This document shows, piece after piece, positions 44,461-52,870 of a stretch of DNA of 60,786 bases. A model generated the notes under the pieces. The model saw nothing but the letters and a program-made list of their open reading frames with translations. It did no database searches and had not been told where the DNA came from. The DNA is from a virus (lineage: Duplodnaviria > Caudoviricetes): IMG/VR virus record IMGVR_UViG_3300049149_000035, positions 1 through 60,786 of that record, one strand, 5' to 3'. The translations under genes were made by a program, and so were the position numbers. How positions within the stretch are numbered: the first letter of the stretch is position 1; the number at the start of each line of letters is the position of its first letter.

Positions 44461-45070
44461 GGGTGCCACCGTCCCGCTGGACGGGCCGGTACTTCACATA
44501 GTCGATCAGGTCGTTCGTGCTCTGCGTGAAGTCCTCGCCGGACACCAGTTCGGCGCGGCGCGCCATGAGCAGGCGGCCCAGCCAGTTGCGGCCGGGCGAG
44601 AACCGCCACGCCTCGGCGGCCGAGACGTCCTCGGGGTTGCAGCGCTGCTGCACGGCGAGCATCTTGCGGCCCTCGCGCAAGTCCACACCCCACACGCGGT
44701 CACCCCACGTGTTGCCCTCGACCAGGTACGCGTCCCCCGTGGCCAGGAGGTGCCCGTGCTCCTCGCGGCCGGGAGCGAACTTCAGCCGGAGCACGAGCGC
44801 CATCACGTCGAGCTTCACCCGCTCCCAGTCCGGCCGCAGGTGGAGCATGTGCTTCCCGTTCTGCTTGGCCTCGCCGGGGGTGGAGGCCGACATCACGCGG
44901 TTGTGGTCGGCCTTCGTGCGCGCCTTCAGCGCCTGAAACATGTGCTCGCCGGTGGCGTAGGCGTACGGGCCCAGGTGGAGGGGCGAGCCCTGCCAGAAGT
45001 TCGACAGGGCTGCCCACTCGTTCTCACCCTCGAAGGTGTCGAAGTACGCGATGACGTCGGGGACGCCCAT
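44453..45070 (-). CDS. NADAR (YbiA-like) family hydrolase
   Basis: LSNF, EHMFQA.K, P.EAK..G, R.DWE.VK..VM....KF, LLATG...LVE...WGD..WG, G.N.LG..LM..R. Confidence 0.9.
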   Translation of the reverse strand: MGVPDVIAYFDTFEGENEWAALSNFWQGSPLHLGPYAYATGEHMFQALKARTKADHNRVMSASTPGEAKQNGKHMLHLRPDWERVKLDVMALVLRLKFAPGREEHGHLLATGDAYLVEGNTWGDRVWGVDLREGRKMLAVQQRCNPEDVSAAEAWRFSPGRNWLGRLLMARRAELVSGEDFTQSTNDLIDYVKYRPVQRDGGTRG

Positions 45071-45396
45071 CACTCCACCGCCTGCGCCAGGAGGTCCGAC
45101 ATGGTGCCGTCGTACTGCACGGTCACGCTGGAGAAGCGGCTGTGCTGCACGCCGACCTCCACGATCAGCGCGGGGTAGTCGGTGCTGGCGTACTCGCCGT
45201 GGGTCGTCAGCGTCGTCGGGGTGATCGTGCAGCGCTCGACGTCCGTGACCGCCGCGTGCGCCACCTCGGCGGCCAGCTCCACCTCCTCCACCGAGAACTG
45301 TCCGGACCGCAGGTTCATGTGGTCGATGCCGATCACACGCCCGTGCTTCGCGGCCACCTGCACGAGCAGGAGCTTCAGGTCTTTGCGGAAGCTCAT
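45070..45396 (-). CDS. Hypothetical protein
   Basis: ATGA overlap. Confidence 0.55.
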   Translation of the reverse strand: MSFRKDLKLLLVQVAAKHGRVIGIDHMNLRSGQFSVEEVELAAEVAHAAVTDVERCTITPTTLTTHGEYASTDYPALIVEVGVQHSRFSSVTVQYDGTMSDLLAQAVE

Positions 45397-45605
45397 GACG
45401 CCTCGATCCCGGCCATGTACGCCACCGTCTCGTAGAACATGATCCACGCAGCCATGAGCGCGATCGTGACGCAGGTGACCGCGAACTTCCAGCTCCTCGG
45501 CGCGATGATCACGGCCGCGACGCCGAGGCCCGCGATCCCGGCGGCTCCGAGGTAGCGCGGGCTCGTGAAGTCCCACGTCCAGGTGCCGATCTTGATCCCG
45601 TCCAT
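45393..45605 (-). CDS. Small membrane protein (2 TM)
   Basis: RBS GGAGGAG; hydrophobic. Confidence 0.6.
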   Translation of the reverse strand: MDGIKIGTWTWDFTSPRYLGAAGIAGLGVAAVIIAPRSWKFAVTCVTIALMAAWIMFYETVAYMAGIEAS

Positions 45606-45623
45606 CTCTCTCCTCCAGGTGGT

Positions 45624-45842
45624 CTAGCGGTTGAACGTCTGGGCCAGGATCATCAGCGAGAGCCCCGTGATCACCGCGCCCGCGAAGAAGACCTTGGCGT
45701 TGCCCTTCGTGCCGTGCTTCAAGCGGATCGGGAACCCGAACCACACCATCGCGAAGCCGAGCACCGCACCGACGATCGCGGCCAGCGTCACCCAGGCGGG
45801 CGTGCCGGTCACGATGTCCGGGGCCGCCAGGATCGCGCTCAT
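45624..45842 (-). CDS. Small membrane protein (2 TM)
   Basis: ATGA overlap; hydrophobic. Confidence 0.55.
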   Translation of the reverse strand: MSAILAAPDIVTGTPAWVTLAAIVGAVLGFAMVWFGFPIRLKHGTKGNAKVFFAGAVITGLSLMILAQTFNR

Positions 45843-46312
45843 GCGGCCTGCTCCAGCGGGTACCGGCGGCGCAGCTCGGCGCGCAGGCTCTCGGACGTGA
45901 TCAGGTCTTCCAGGCCGTCCTCGCTGATCTCCAGCGCGCCGGTGCGCGCCAGCTTGTGGACGTTCTGCCGCGAGCAGCCGAGTACGGCCGCCGCCACGGC
46001 GCGTGAGACGTACGGCTTGTGCGCGCCGATCCACCACGCCACCGCCCGGCCCAGGCCCGTCATCCAGAAGTCGGGCAAGTCCAGCTCGTACGGCTCGATC
46101 ACATAGTCGACGACCCGCCGGGCCGCCAGATCCCCCGAGGGGGCGCCCAGCTTCCCGGTGAGAGCCTCGCGATACCAGGTCTGGACCTCGACGGTCTCGC
46201 TCAGGCGGAAGGGGTTCTGGCCGCCCGTGGCCGACTGGAGGCGGTTCGCCGACCGGTGAAGGTGGCGCCACACCTCCTCGCCGAGCGTCTCGATCAGCAG
46301 TTCGTGTGTCAT
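45839..46312 (-). CDS. Protein with C-terminal excisionase-like HTH
   Basis: VSRAVAAAVLGCSRQNVHKLARTGAL. Confidence 0.65.
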   Translation of the reverse strand: MTHELLIETLGEEVWRHLHRSANRLQSATGGQNPFRLSETVEVQTWYREALTGKLGAPSGDLAARRVVDYVIEPYELDLPDFWMTGLGRAVAWWIGAHKPYVSRAVAAAVLGCSRQNVHKLARTGALEISEDGLEDLITSESLRAELRRRYPLEQAA

Positions 46313-46321
46313 GTCTCTCTC

Positions 46322-46582
46322 CTAGCGGTACAGGGCCTGGTCCCACGTCACGGTGTCGAGCACCGCATCCGTGTCGGGGTCGATGATCCCGGTCTGGTAG
46401 TAGGCGAATGCGTCGTCACAGGAAACCAGGATGGTGCGCTGGTCCAGCGGGCCGGTCCGGCGCTCACCCTGCGAGAACAGGAGCACGTCCCCGGTTCCGC
46501 GCAGGTCCATGTAGACCTCGCCCAGCTCGCCGGAGTCCAGCACCTCGGCGGGTCCGTCTCCCACGATCGCGTCATACACCAT
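46322..46582 (-). CDS. Hypothetical acidic protein
   Basis: RBS GAGGAGAG. Confidence 0.55.
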   Translation of the reverse strand: MVYDAIVGDGPAEVLDSGELGEVYMDLRGTGDVLLFSQGERRTGPLDQRTILVSCDDAFAYYQTGIIDPDTDAVLDTVTWDQALYR

Positions 46583-46665
46583 GGTCTTGCCCCTCTCCTC
46601 GATCTCCTGTCGGTCCTTCCACCCCGGTCCCCGGGGCAAGCCCGGGGACCGGAGAAGCGGGCCGC

Positions 46666-47094
46666 TCAGGCGCCGTACAGCTCATTCATGAACCGCGCCG
46701 CGCGGGGAAGCACGTAGCGGCGGACGTCCGCGCTGTCGATGTGACGCTCGCCGTTGGAGCCGGTCTTCCGGCGGATCCGGCCGTTGGTCTCGATGGTGGT
46801 CTCGCCGTCGACCGACTGGATCCGGACGGCGTGGCGGGTCTTGCCCTTGGCGCCGACCGGCGCGTACTCCTTGTCGGTGGCGTCCACCAGGACCGTGAAG
46901 AGCGTGCAGCCCCCGACGCGGACCACGTAGGCGCTGAAGTCGTCCACGTCGCCCACGTAGGCCAGGCCGTTGTCCTTGAGCTTCGGCGCCTTGGCGATCT
47001 CCTCGCCCAGCTCGGCGGTCGCGGCCAGCTCGGCGGCGTCGTCGCCCTCCAGGATGTTGGCGATGATCGCGTCGAACTCAGCGTTCTGGCTCAT
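46666..47094 (-). CDS. Hypothetical early protein
   Basis: RBS GAGGAG under promoter at 47148-47177. Confidence 0.65.
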   Translation of the reverse strand: MSQNAEFDAIIANILEGDDAAELAATAELGEEIAKAPKLKDNGLAYVGDVDDFSAYVVRVGGCTLFTVLVDATDKEYAPVGAKGKTRHAVRIQSVDGETTIETNGRIRRKTGSNGERHIDSADVRRYVLPRAARFMNELYGA

Positions 47095-47136
47095 GGGCTT
47101 CTCCTCTGTTTGTGGGGGGCTTGGCGCCCCCCGTTC

Positions 47137-47179
47137 CGTATGCCATTACACTACAGGGCGGTTGACGGGTCTGTCAACT
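47137..47179 (-). promoter_or_regulatory. Early promoter with dyad
   Basis: TTGACA-18-TAGTGT, GTCAAC in spacer, ATGGCATAC. Confidence 0.8.
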
Positions 47180-47195
47180 CCTCGGCCAAGATTCT

Positions 47196-47369
47196 TTACT
47201 CGGGCTCCTCGTTCTCCTCCGCGAACTGCGCGAACAGGCTTTCGTAGAAGCTGTCGCCCTCCTCGTCCTCGCTCGGCGCGGACTCGTCCTGCGCCCCGTC
47301 GTACACGGCGAACACCGGATCGTGGTCGTCCACGACCGGCCCGGGGTTGCGCTCCACTGCGTCTCTCAT
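47196..47369 (-). CDS. 57-aa highly acidic peptide
   Basis: RBS GGGGAGGTG; 19 D/E versus 2 R. Confidence 0.6.
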   Translation of the reverse strand: MRDAVERNPGPVVDDHDPVFAVYDGAQDESAPSEDEEGDSFYESLFAQFAEENEEPE

Positions 47370-47405
47370 GTTGTCACCTCCCCTACACGTAGTCCTCCAC
47401 ACAAC

Positions 47406-47435
47406 AGCGTACCCCCGGTTGACAAGGGCGTCAAA
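47406..47435 (-). promoter_or_regulatory. Early promoter with dyad
   Basis: TTGACG-17-TACGCT, GTCAAC in spacer. Confidence 0.7.
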
Positions 47436-47455
47436 ACCGGGGGTACGGGGGTCTG

Positions 47456-47821
47456 TCAGGCGCTCTCGCGCACCAACCGGCGGGTCCTGGTGTGCACATC
47501 GATCAGGCGCTCCAGATGCCCCTCCAGCTCGTTGAGAGCCTTCACGTACGTACTCGCGCTGTCCTGCTCCAGCTCGTACAGCCGCTTGGGCTTGCCGATG
47601 CCGGTGGAGTCCTCCAGCCAATCGAGCTGTTTGCGCTCGTGCTTCAGCATCGCGGGAAGCTTCTCGCGCATGCGCCAGGCGTCCAGCGCCAGCTCCACGA
47701 TGTACTCCTCCAGCGGGACCAGAATGTCACTCCCGGCCCACTGGAAACCGGGCCACATCTCGGCCAGGTAGGGCTTCACGTAGCTGGGTGCGTACTGCTC
47801 AGGGCTCAGGTCTTTGGCCAT
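47456..47821 (-). CDS. Hypothetical protein
   Basis: RBS AAGGAG. Confidence 0.6.
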   Translation of the reverse strand: MAKDLSPEQYAPSYVKPYLAEMWPGFQWAGSDILVPLEEYIVELALDAWRMREKLPAMLKHERKQLDWLEDSTGIGKPKRLYELEQDSASTYVKALNELEGHLERLIDVHTRTRRLVRESA

Positions 47822-47888
47822 CGGGGCTCCTTCGTGGGTTGAGGCTCCAGGATGGCGGCCGGGCGAACCCGGTCGCGCTCCAGGCGGC

Positions 47889-48062
47889 TCAACGGCCGAT
47901 CTTCACCAGGATCGAGCGCACATGCTCGGCGTGCTCCTCGTTGCCCCCGGGGAAGCCGCTCTTCTCGCCCGAGACCGTGGCGTCCAGCTCCTCGTTGAGC
48001 AGGTCGGCCAGAAGGTCCAGGTCCAGGGCGTCAAGGTCACTCAGGTCGAACAGCCGGTTCAT
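47889..48062 (-). CDS. Small acidic Leu/Asp-rich protein
   Basis: RBS AAGGAG; LSDLDALDLDLLADLL. Confidence 0.55.
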   Translation of the reverse strand: MNRLFDLSDLDALDLDLLADLLNEELDATVSGEKSGFPGGNEEHAEHVRSILVKIGR

Positions 48063-48131
48063 GGCTCTCTCCTTCAGGTAGTGCTGAGATTCCACGGTGG
48101 GGGCCGGTCGCCCGGCCCCACCCGAAGCCGC

Positions 48132-48299
48132 TCAGTAGCTCCACTCGCTCTGGGGGGTGCCCGTCTCGATGAACTTGGCGAGCTTGTTGGTCAGCTCCTG
48201 CACGGCGCTGAGGGTCAGGTTGCCCTTCTCGGTGAGGATGGCGGTGGCGGTGGCGAGGGCGGCGATCCGGATCTGCTGTGCGGCGGTCAGCTCGTTCAT
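48132..48299 (-). CDS. Small early protein
   Basis: RBS AAGGAG under promoter. Confidence 0.6.
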   Translation of the reverse strand: MNELTAAQQIRIAALATATAILTEKGNLTLSAVQELTNKLAKFIETGTPQSEWSY

Positions 48300-48324
48300 C
48301 GTGGGCTCCTTCGTTGTCGTCAAC

Positions 48325-48367
48325 TTGTATGCCTAGAGCCTACAGGGGGTTGACGGGTCTGTCAACT
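48325..48367 (-). promoter_or_regulatory. Early promoter with dyad
   Basis: TTGACA-17-TAGGCT, GTCAAC, GGCATACAAG. Confidence 0.8.
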
Positions 48368-48379
48368 CCCTGCGCGAAA

Positions 48380-48541
48380 TCACTGCGCACGCTGGTGCAT
48401 GAACGATCCGAACACGCGAGAGAACTTCGCGTCCAGGCAGACCTGGCAGTACCAGCCCGCCCAGGTGAACCCCTCGGCCACCAACAGCTCGATCTTGGTC
48501 CGGTTGTCGATGCGGCGCAGCGGCCTGCGGTTCTTGATCAT
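48380..48541 (-). CDS. Small protein with CxxC
   Basis: RBS GAGGAG; YCQVC. Confidence 0.45.
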   Translation of the reverse strand: MIKNRRPLRRIDNRTKIELLVAEGFTWAGWYCQVCLDAKFSRVFGSFMHQRAQ

Positions 48542-48551
48542 GTCCAGCTCC

Positions 48552-48728
48552 TCAGCTCTCGATCTCTTCGACGGGCACGTACTGGCCGATCTCGGCGCCC
48601 TGGGCGATGAAGCACGCCACCCACTCGCCGTTGGGCTCCTGGTCCAGGTCCGTAATGACGCCGGGCTGCCCCTGGAACAGCACCCTGGAGGCGAACTGCA
48701 CTGCCCGCCGCGCGCGCTTCTCGTCCAT
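48552..48728 (-). CDS. Small SH3-like early protein
   Basis: RBS GAGGGAG under promoter. Confidence 0.55.
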   Translation of the reverse strand: MDEKRARRAVQFASRVLFQGQPGVITDLDQEPNGEWVACFIAQGAEIGQYVPVEEIES

Positions 48729-48749
48729 CTCGATCTCCCTCGCTCGCTC

Positions 48750-48798
48750 TGTATACCCACACCCTACACGGGAGTTGACAGATTCGTCAACTCCCGTG
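48750..48798 (-). promoter_or_regulatory. Early promoter with perfect 13-bp inverted repeat
   Basis: TTGACG-18-TAGGGT; CACGGGAGTTGAC-N6-GTCAACTCCCGTG. Confidence 0.8.
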
Positions 48799-48807
48799 CC
48801 GAGATTG

Positions 48808-48993
48808 CTACAGGCCCCGGCGGCGCCGGTCGGCCCGCACGCGCCGGGCATCCCGGCGGTCCTGCACGTTCAGCGCCACCCATGTGATGGCAAGCCACCC
48901 GCCCATGCCGAGGCAGATGATCAGGATGGTCCACAGGGGGTTGTTGAGCAGCCACGCGGGCAGAGCCGCGAACCAGGTCATGAACGCTTCCAT
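48808..48993 (-). CDS. Small membrane protein
   Basis: Hydrophobic core, basic tail, RBS GGGAG. Confidence 0.55.
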   Translation of the reverse strand: MEAFMTWFAALPAWLLNNPLWTILIICLGMGGWLAITWVALNVQDRRDARRVRADRRRRGL

Positions 48994-49042
48994 GGGTCTC
49001 TCCCGAGGTGAGGGGGCGCCCCTCGCAGGGCGCCCGGTCCGA

Positions 49043-49525
49043 TCAGTAGCCGTACTTGCTGGCGCACACCGGGCCGATCCCGGCTTCGATGCTGGCCGGG
49101 TTGGTGAGCACCTTGCCGCAGACCCCGCAGTTGCCGGTCGCCTTGCCATACGCCACGGCGGCGGCGTGGGCGCTCTCGGCGGTCGCGAAGACCTCGCAGG
49201 CGCCGGAGACCTTGGCGGGCGTCCCGATGTAGACGTTGTCCATGGTCACCAGGTACGGGGCGCCGGTCTTCTGGCTGATCTTGAGCTTGTAGCTCTTGCC
49301 CTCGATCATGTAGACGCCCTTGGGCGGGATGAAGTCGGGCAGCTTGGCCGCGCTCTTCTTGGCGGCCACCAGGGGCTTGTACAGGTCGATGACCTGGGAG
49401 ACCGAGTTGCCGTCCAGCGCAGGCAGGCCCAGGAGCAGATCCCGGCGGGTGGTCGCGTCGGCCACGGCCGTGGTGATCAGGTAGGTGGCGTAGCTGAACA
49501 TCTTCTCGGTCACGATCTTCGCCAT
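49043..49525 (-). CDS. DUF6011-type zinc-finger protein
   Basis: CGVCGKVLTNPASIEAGIGPVCA. Confidence 0.75.
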   Translation of the reverse strand: MAKIVTEKMFSYATYLITTAVADATTRRDLLLGLPALDGNSVSQVIDLYKPLVAAKKSAAKLPDFIPPKGVYMIEGKSYKLKISQKTGAPYLVTMDNVYIGTPAKVSGACEVFATAESAHAAAVAYGKATGNCGVCGKVLTNPASIEAGIGPVCASKYGY

Positions 49526-49549
49526 GTCCGTCTCCCTCGCTCGCTCAAC

Positions 49550-49593
49550 TTGTATGCCATAAGCATACGGTCGGGTTGACGGAGCTGTCAACC
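49550..49593 (-). promoter_or_regulatory. Early promoter with dyad
   Basis: TTGACA-18-TATGCT, GTCAAC, ATGGCATACAAG. Confidence 0.8.
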
Positions 49594-49675
49594 CCTTCCG
49601 GGAAATTCCTTCAGGTAAACGAGTCCGGCCCGCCAGCACGGGAAGCCAGCGGGCCGGGAACGGTGGAGCAGGGGG

Positions 49676-50341
49676 TCAGGTCGGCGTGCAGTGCACCAGG
49701 ATGGCCGCGCCCGAGAGCTGGAGCGCGCCGGAGTTCTGCACGGTGACGCGGACCTGTGAGCCCGAGAGCTTGTCCGCGTCGTTCACCAGCCGCGTAGTCG
49801 CGTTGATGTTGGTGATGCTCAGCGAGCCGAGAAGGCTCGCGCTCCCGGTGAGGACGGGGGCGGCCTTGTAGGTCCAGGTGCCCGAGACCAGGAACGTGTT
49901 CGGGAACGTCGGCGCCACGTTGACCGTGAAGTTGGCTGACGACAGCCCCGGGACGACGATGTTGGCCAGCGACCCGAACGCGCCGGAGCCGGTGGCCTGG
50001 TGTTGCGCGACAGCGGCTGCGAAGGCCGTGGTCTGGCCGAGTAGCTGGGCCTGCGTGCCGTAGGTGCGGTAGACGTACTCCAGATCGGTGAGCGTGATGT
50101 TCTCGCCTGCGTGACTGCCGCTCGTGACGATCGAGTAGTTGTTGACCTGCGTCACCAGCGTGAGGAACGGCGTCGTGCCGAACTTCCCGGTGATGGTCAG
50201 CGTGGTTCCCGTGTCGCTCTGGATGGCGTACGTGAGGCCGGTGCTTCCCGCGATCTCGTTGTACATCGCGAGGATCTCGGCGCCATTGCTGCCGATGTAC
50301 TGACAGCAGCGCATGCGTGGCACTAGGTCGATGATCGACAC
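49676..50341 (-). CDS. Hypothetical T/N/G-rich beta protein (possibly virion)
   Basis: Composition like the tail proteins; divergent from capsid gene. Confidence 0.55.
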   Translation of the reverse strand: MSIIDLVPRMRCCQYIGSNGAEILAMYNEIAGSTGLTYAIQSDTGTTLTITGKFGTTPFLTLVTQVNNYSIVTSGSHAGENITLTDLEYVYRTYGTQAQLLGQTTAFAAAVAQHQATGSGAFGSLANIVVPGLSSANFTVNVAPTFPNTFLVSGTWTYKAAPVLTGSASLLGSLSITNINATTRLVNDADKLSGSQVRVTVQNSGALQLSGAAILVHCTPT

Positions 50342-50618
50342 GCGGAGGTCTCCAATCTCCGGACTTGATTGCCTGGAGCAATTGGATACCCGCGTGCAGG
50401 GATACGTCTAGGTGGAGTTGTGCTCTGGGCCCGGACACGAAGCGGCCCCCGGCACGGGGAGCCGGGGGCCGCGATCTCAGGAGAGAGATACGCCCTCGCG
50501 AACGCAACTGCTACTGTAGCCGCACAAGAGGTATCGATGCTGGCTGCGGGCCGGTCGAGCTGCACTCGCGCAGGTGGATACGCATCCCCCGTACGCGACG
50601 ATCGAGGAGACAGCTCCC

Positions 50619-52361
50619 GTGTTCGACCACATCCAGATCCCGAAGGACTTCGCTACGGCGACGGATGCCGATCTCAACAGCCTGGAGACGCAGGTTCGCG
50701 AGGCCGCCGCGCCACTCATTCCCCGTGCGCAGGGTGAAGGCGACCCCCTGACGCCGGACGAGGCCGCCGGGTTGCACCGGCTCTCCGAGGTCGTGTCGAG
50801 CGTGCGCACCGAGCGTGAGCGCCGCATCGGCGAGGCGTCGGCGACCGCCGCCAGCACCCGCAAGACCACCGAAGCCCTGGCCGTCTTCGCCACCGACGCC
50901 CCTGCTGATGACGTGGGCGACGAGGACGAGGGCGAGAAGACCGAGGACGCCGAGGACGGCAAGAAGGGCCAGGACGCGGTGACCGCATCCGGTGGCAAGA
51001 AGGCCCCGCGCATCGCCGAGGTGGCGGGCGCAGGCAACGGCAAGGCCCCGGCCGCGCCGGGTGCGCAGGCCGACGAGGTTCAGCGGTTCTCGCGCATGGT
51101 GGCCCCGGCCAACGTGCCGACGATCAACGCGGGTACCGAGTACAAGAACATCTCCGAGGTGGCGAAGGCGGCCGAGGCAGCGTTCTCGGCGTTCCCGACC
51201 ACGCGCGGCGCGGGCGCCGGGCAGTACATCCGGACCCCCGTGATGATGCTCCAGCGCGAGTTCCCGCCGGAGCTGCGGCTCACGGACCGGGCGAACGCCG
51301 ACGAGGTGGAGCGGGTCTTCGCTCACGCGGGCGACGAATCCCGCCTCGAAGGCGGTCTGGTCGCGGCGGCTGGCTGGTGCGCTCCGTCGCAGATCGACTA
51401 CGCGCTCTTCGAGCTGGAGGGCACGGCGGGCATGTTCGACATGCCCGAGGTCCAGATTTCGCGCGGCGGCATCCAGTTCACGACCGGCCCGGACTTCTCG
51501 ACGATCTTCGGCGGCTCGGGCTACTGGCACCAGACGGAGGCCCAGGTTCAGGCGGCCACCACGAAGCCGTGCATGGTCATCTCCTGCCCGTCCTTCACGG
51601 AGAAGCGCCTGGAGGTCGAGGGCGTCTGCATCACGGGCGCGTTCCTCCAGGACCGGGGCTACCCGGAGATGGTGGCGCGCTTCACGCGCGGCGCCCTGAA
51701 GGCCCACGCCCGGAAGCTGAACATCTTCAAGATCAACCAGGTGGTCGCGGGCTCCACGTTGTTCGACTACACGAACGTGGCCAACCTGCCGGTCACCACC
51801 ACCGAGTTCAAGGACCTCTCGGTCGTGAACCGGCTGCTCGGCATCCTGGACATCCAGGCGATCGACTACCGGTACAAGTACCGGATGGACCCGGAGGCCA
51901 CTCTCGAAGCGGTGCTGCCGTACTGGCTGATCGCCTCGATCCGCGCCGACGTCTCGCGCCGGATGGGCATCAGCCCGGACGAGGCCGAGACCGTCACCAT
52001 GGCCATGTTCAACTCGTGGGCCAGCCAGCGCGGCGTCCGTCTCCAGTGGATCTACGACTGGCAGGACACGTACAACACCACGAACACGAGCATTGTCGGC
52101 CAGACCGCAGGCATCTACACCATGCCGACCACGGTCGAGGTGCTGCTCTACGCGCCCGGCACGTGGGTGGCTGGCGTCTCGGACGTCGTCCGGCTCGACA
52201 CCGTGTACGACAGCACGAACCTGGCGCTGAACCAGTACACCCAGCTCTTCACCGAGGAGGGCATCCTGGTCGCGAAGCGCGGCTTCGAGTCGCGGCGCAT
52301 CAAGACCACGATCGACCCGAGCGGCACCACGTCGGCGACCACCGACATGCGGACCGGCTGA
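50619..52361 (+). CDS. Major capsid (hexamer) protein with N-terminal scaffold-like domain
   Basis: Acidic/Ala-rich N-terminus then LVAAAGWCAPSQIDY...NQYTQLFTEEG; RBS GAGGAG. Confidence 0.9.
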   Translation: MFDHIQIPKDFATATDADLNSLETQVREAAAPLIPRAQGEGDPLTPDEAAGLHRLSEVVSSVRTERERRIGEASATAASTRKTTEALAVFATDAPADDVGDEDEGEKTEDAEDGKKGQDAVTASGGKKAPRIAEVAGAGNGKAPAAPGAQADEVQRFSRMVAPANVPTINAGTEYKNISEVAKAAEAAFSAFPTTRGAGAGQYIRTPVMMLQREFPPELRLTDRANADEVERVFAHAGDESRLEGGLVAAAGWCAPSQIDYALFELEGTAGMFDMPEVQISRGGIQFTTGPDFSTIFGGSGYWHQTEAQVQAATTKPCMVISCPSFTEKRLEVEGVCITGAFLQDRGYPEMVARFTRGALKAHARKLNIFKINQVVAGSTLFDYTNVANLPVTTTEFKDLSVVNRLLGILDIQAIDYRYKYRMDPEATLEAVLPYWLIASIRADVSRRMGISPDEAETVTMAMFNSWASQRGVRLQWIYDWQDTYNTTNTSIVGQTAGIYTMPTTVEVLLYAPGTWVAGVSDVVRLDTVYDSTNLALNQYTQLFTEEGILVAKRGFESRRIKTTIDPSGTTSATTDMRTG

Positions 52362-52444
52362 GCGCAGGCAGACTGAGCGGGGGCCGAGGCTGAGGCCCGG
52401 CCCCCGCACCCTGTCCGCTCATCTCCACGTAGAGAGGAAAGACC

Positions 52445-52858
52445 ATGACCGGTCGCGCAGACGACACCTCGGGCTACGTGCTCACGTACGAGCTGGCCGC
52501 CCAGGGCACCGCAGGCGACACCACGACCGTGGTGATCCCGACCGACGTTCCGTACGACGCTCGCGTGCTGAAGGTGGAGATCGTTCCGCGCGCCGCGATC
52601 ACCGCGAACGGCACGAACTTCGCCACGTACACGCTTCAGAACAAGGGCCCGACAGGTGCGGGCTCTACGGTCGTCGCCACCCGCTCGTGGGCGGCCACCA
52701 ACTCGGTCGCCGGTACCAAGGAGGCCATGACGCTCTCGGGAACCCCGGCGAACCTGGAGCTGAAGGCGGGCGACCAGCTCCAACTGGCCCGCTCGGTCGG
52801 CGGCTCCGGCCTCGCCACCCCGGCGATCGCCTTCCTCGTGACGTACCTGGCCCGGTAA
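52445..52858 (+). CDS. Capsid decoration/cement-like protein
   Basis: Between capsid genes; beta-rich with LKAGDQL motif. Confidence 0.55.
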   Translation: MTGRADDTSGYVLTYELAAQGTAGDTTTVVIPTDVPYDARVLKVEIVPRAAITANGTNFATYTLQNKGPTGAGSTVVATRSWAATNSVAGTKEAMTLSGTPANLELKAGDQLQLARSVGGSGLATPAIAFLVTYLAR

Positions 52859-52870
52859 GGGAGCACCATC

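Noticed and set aside
46600-49600. CRISPR-like array from recurring GTTGAC...GTCAAC repeats
   Set aside because: Irregular spacing, genes between copies and promoter geometry; these are regulatory sites.
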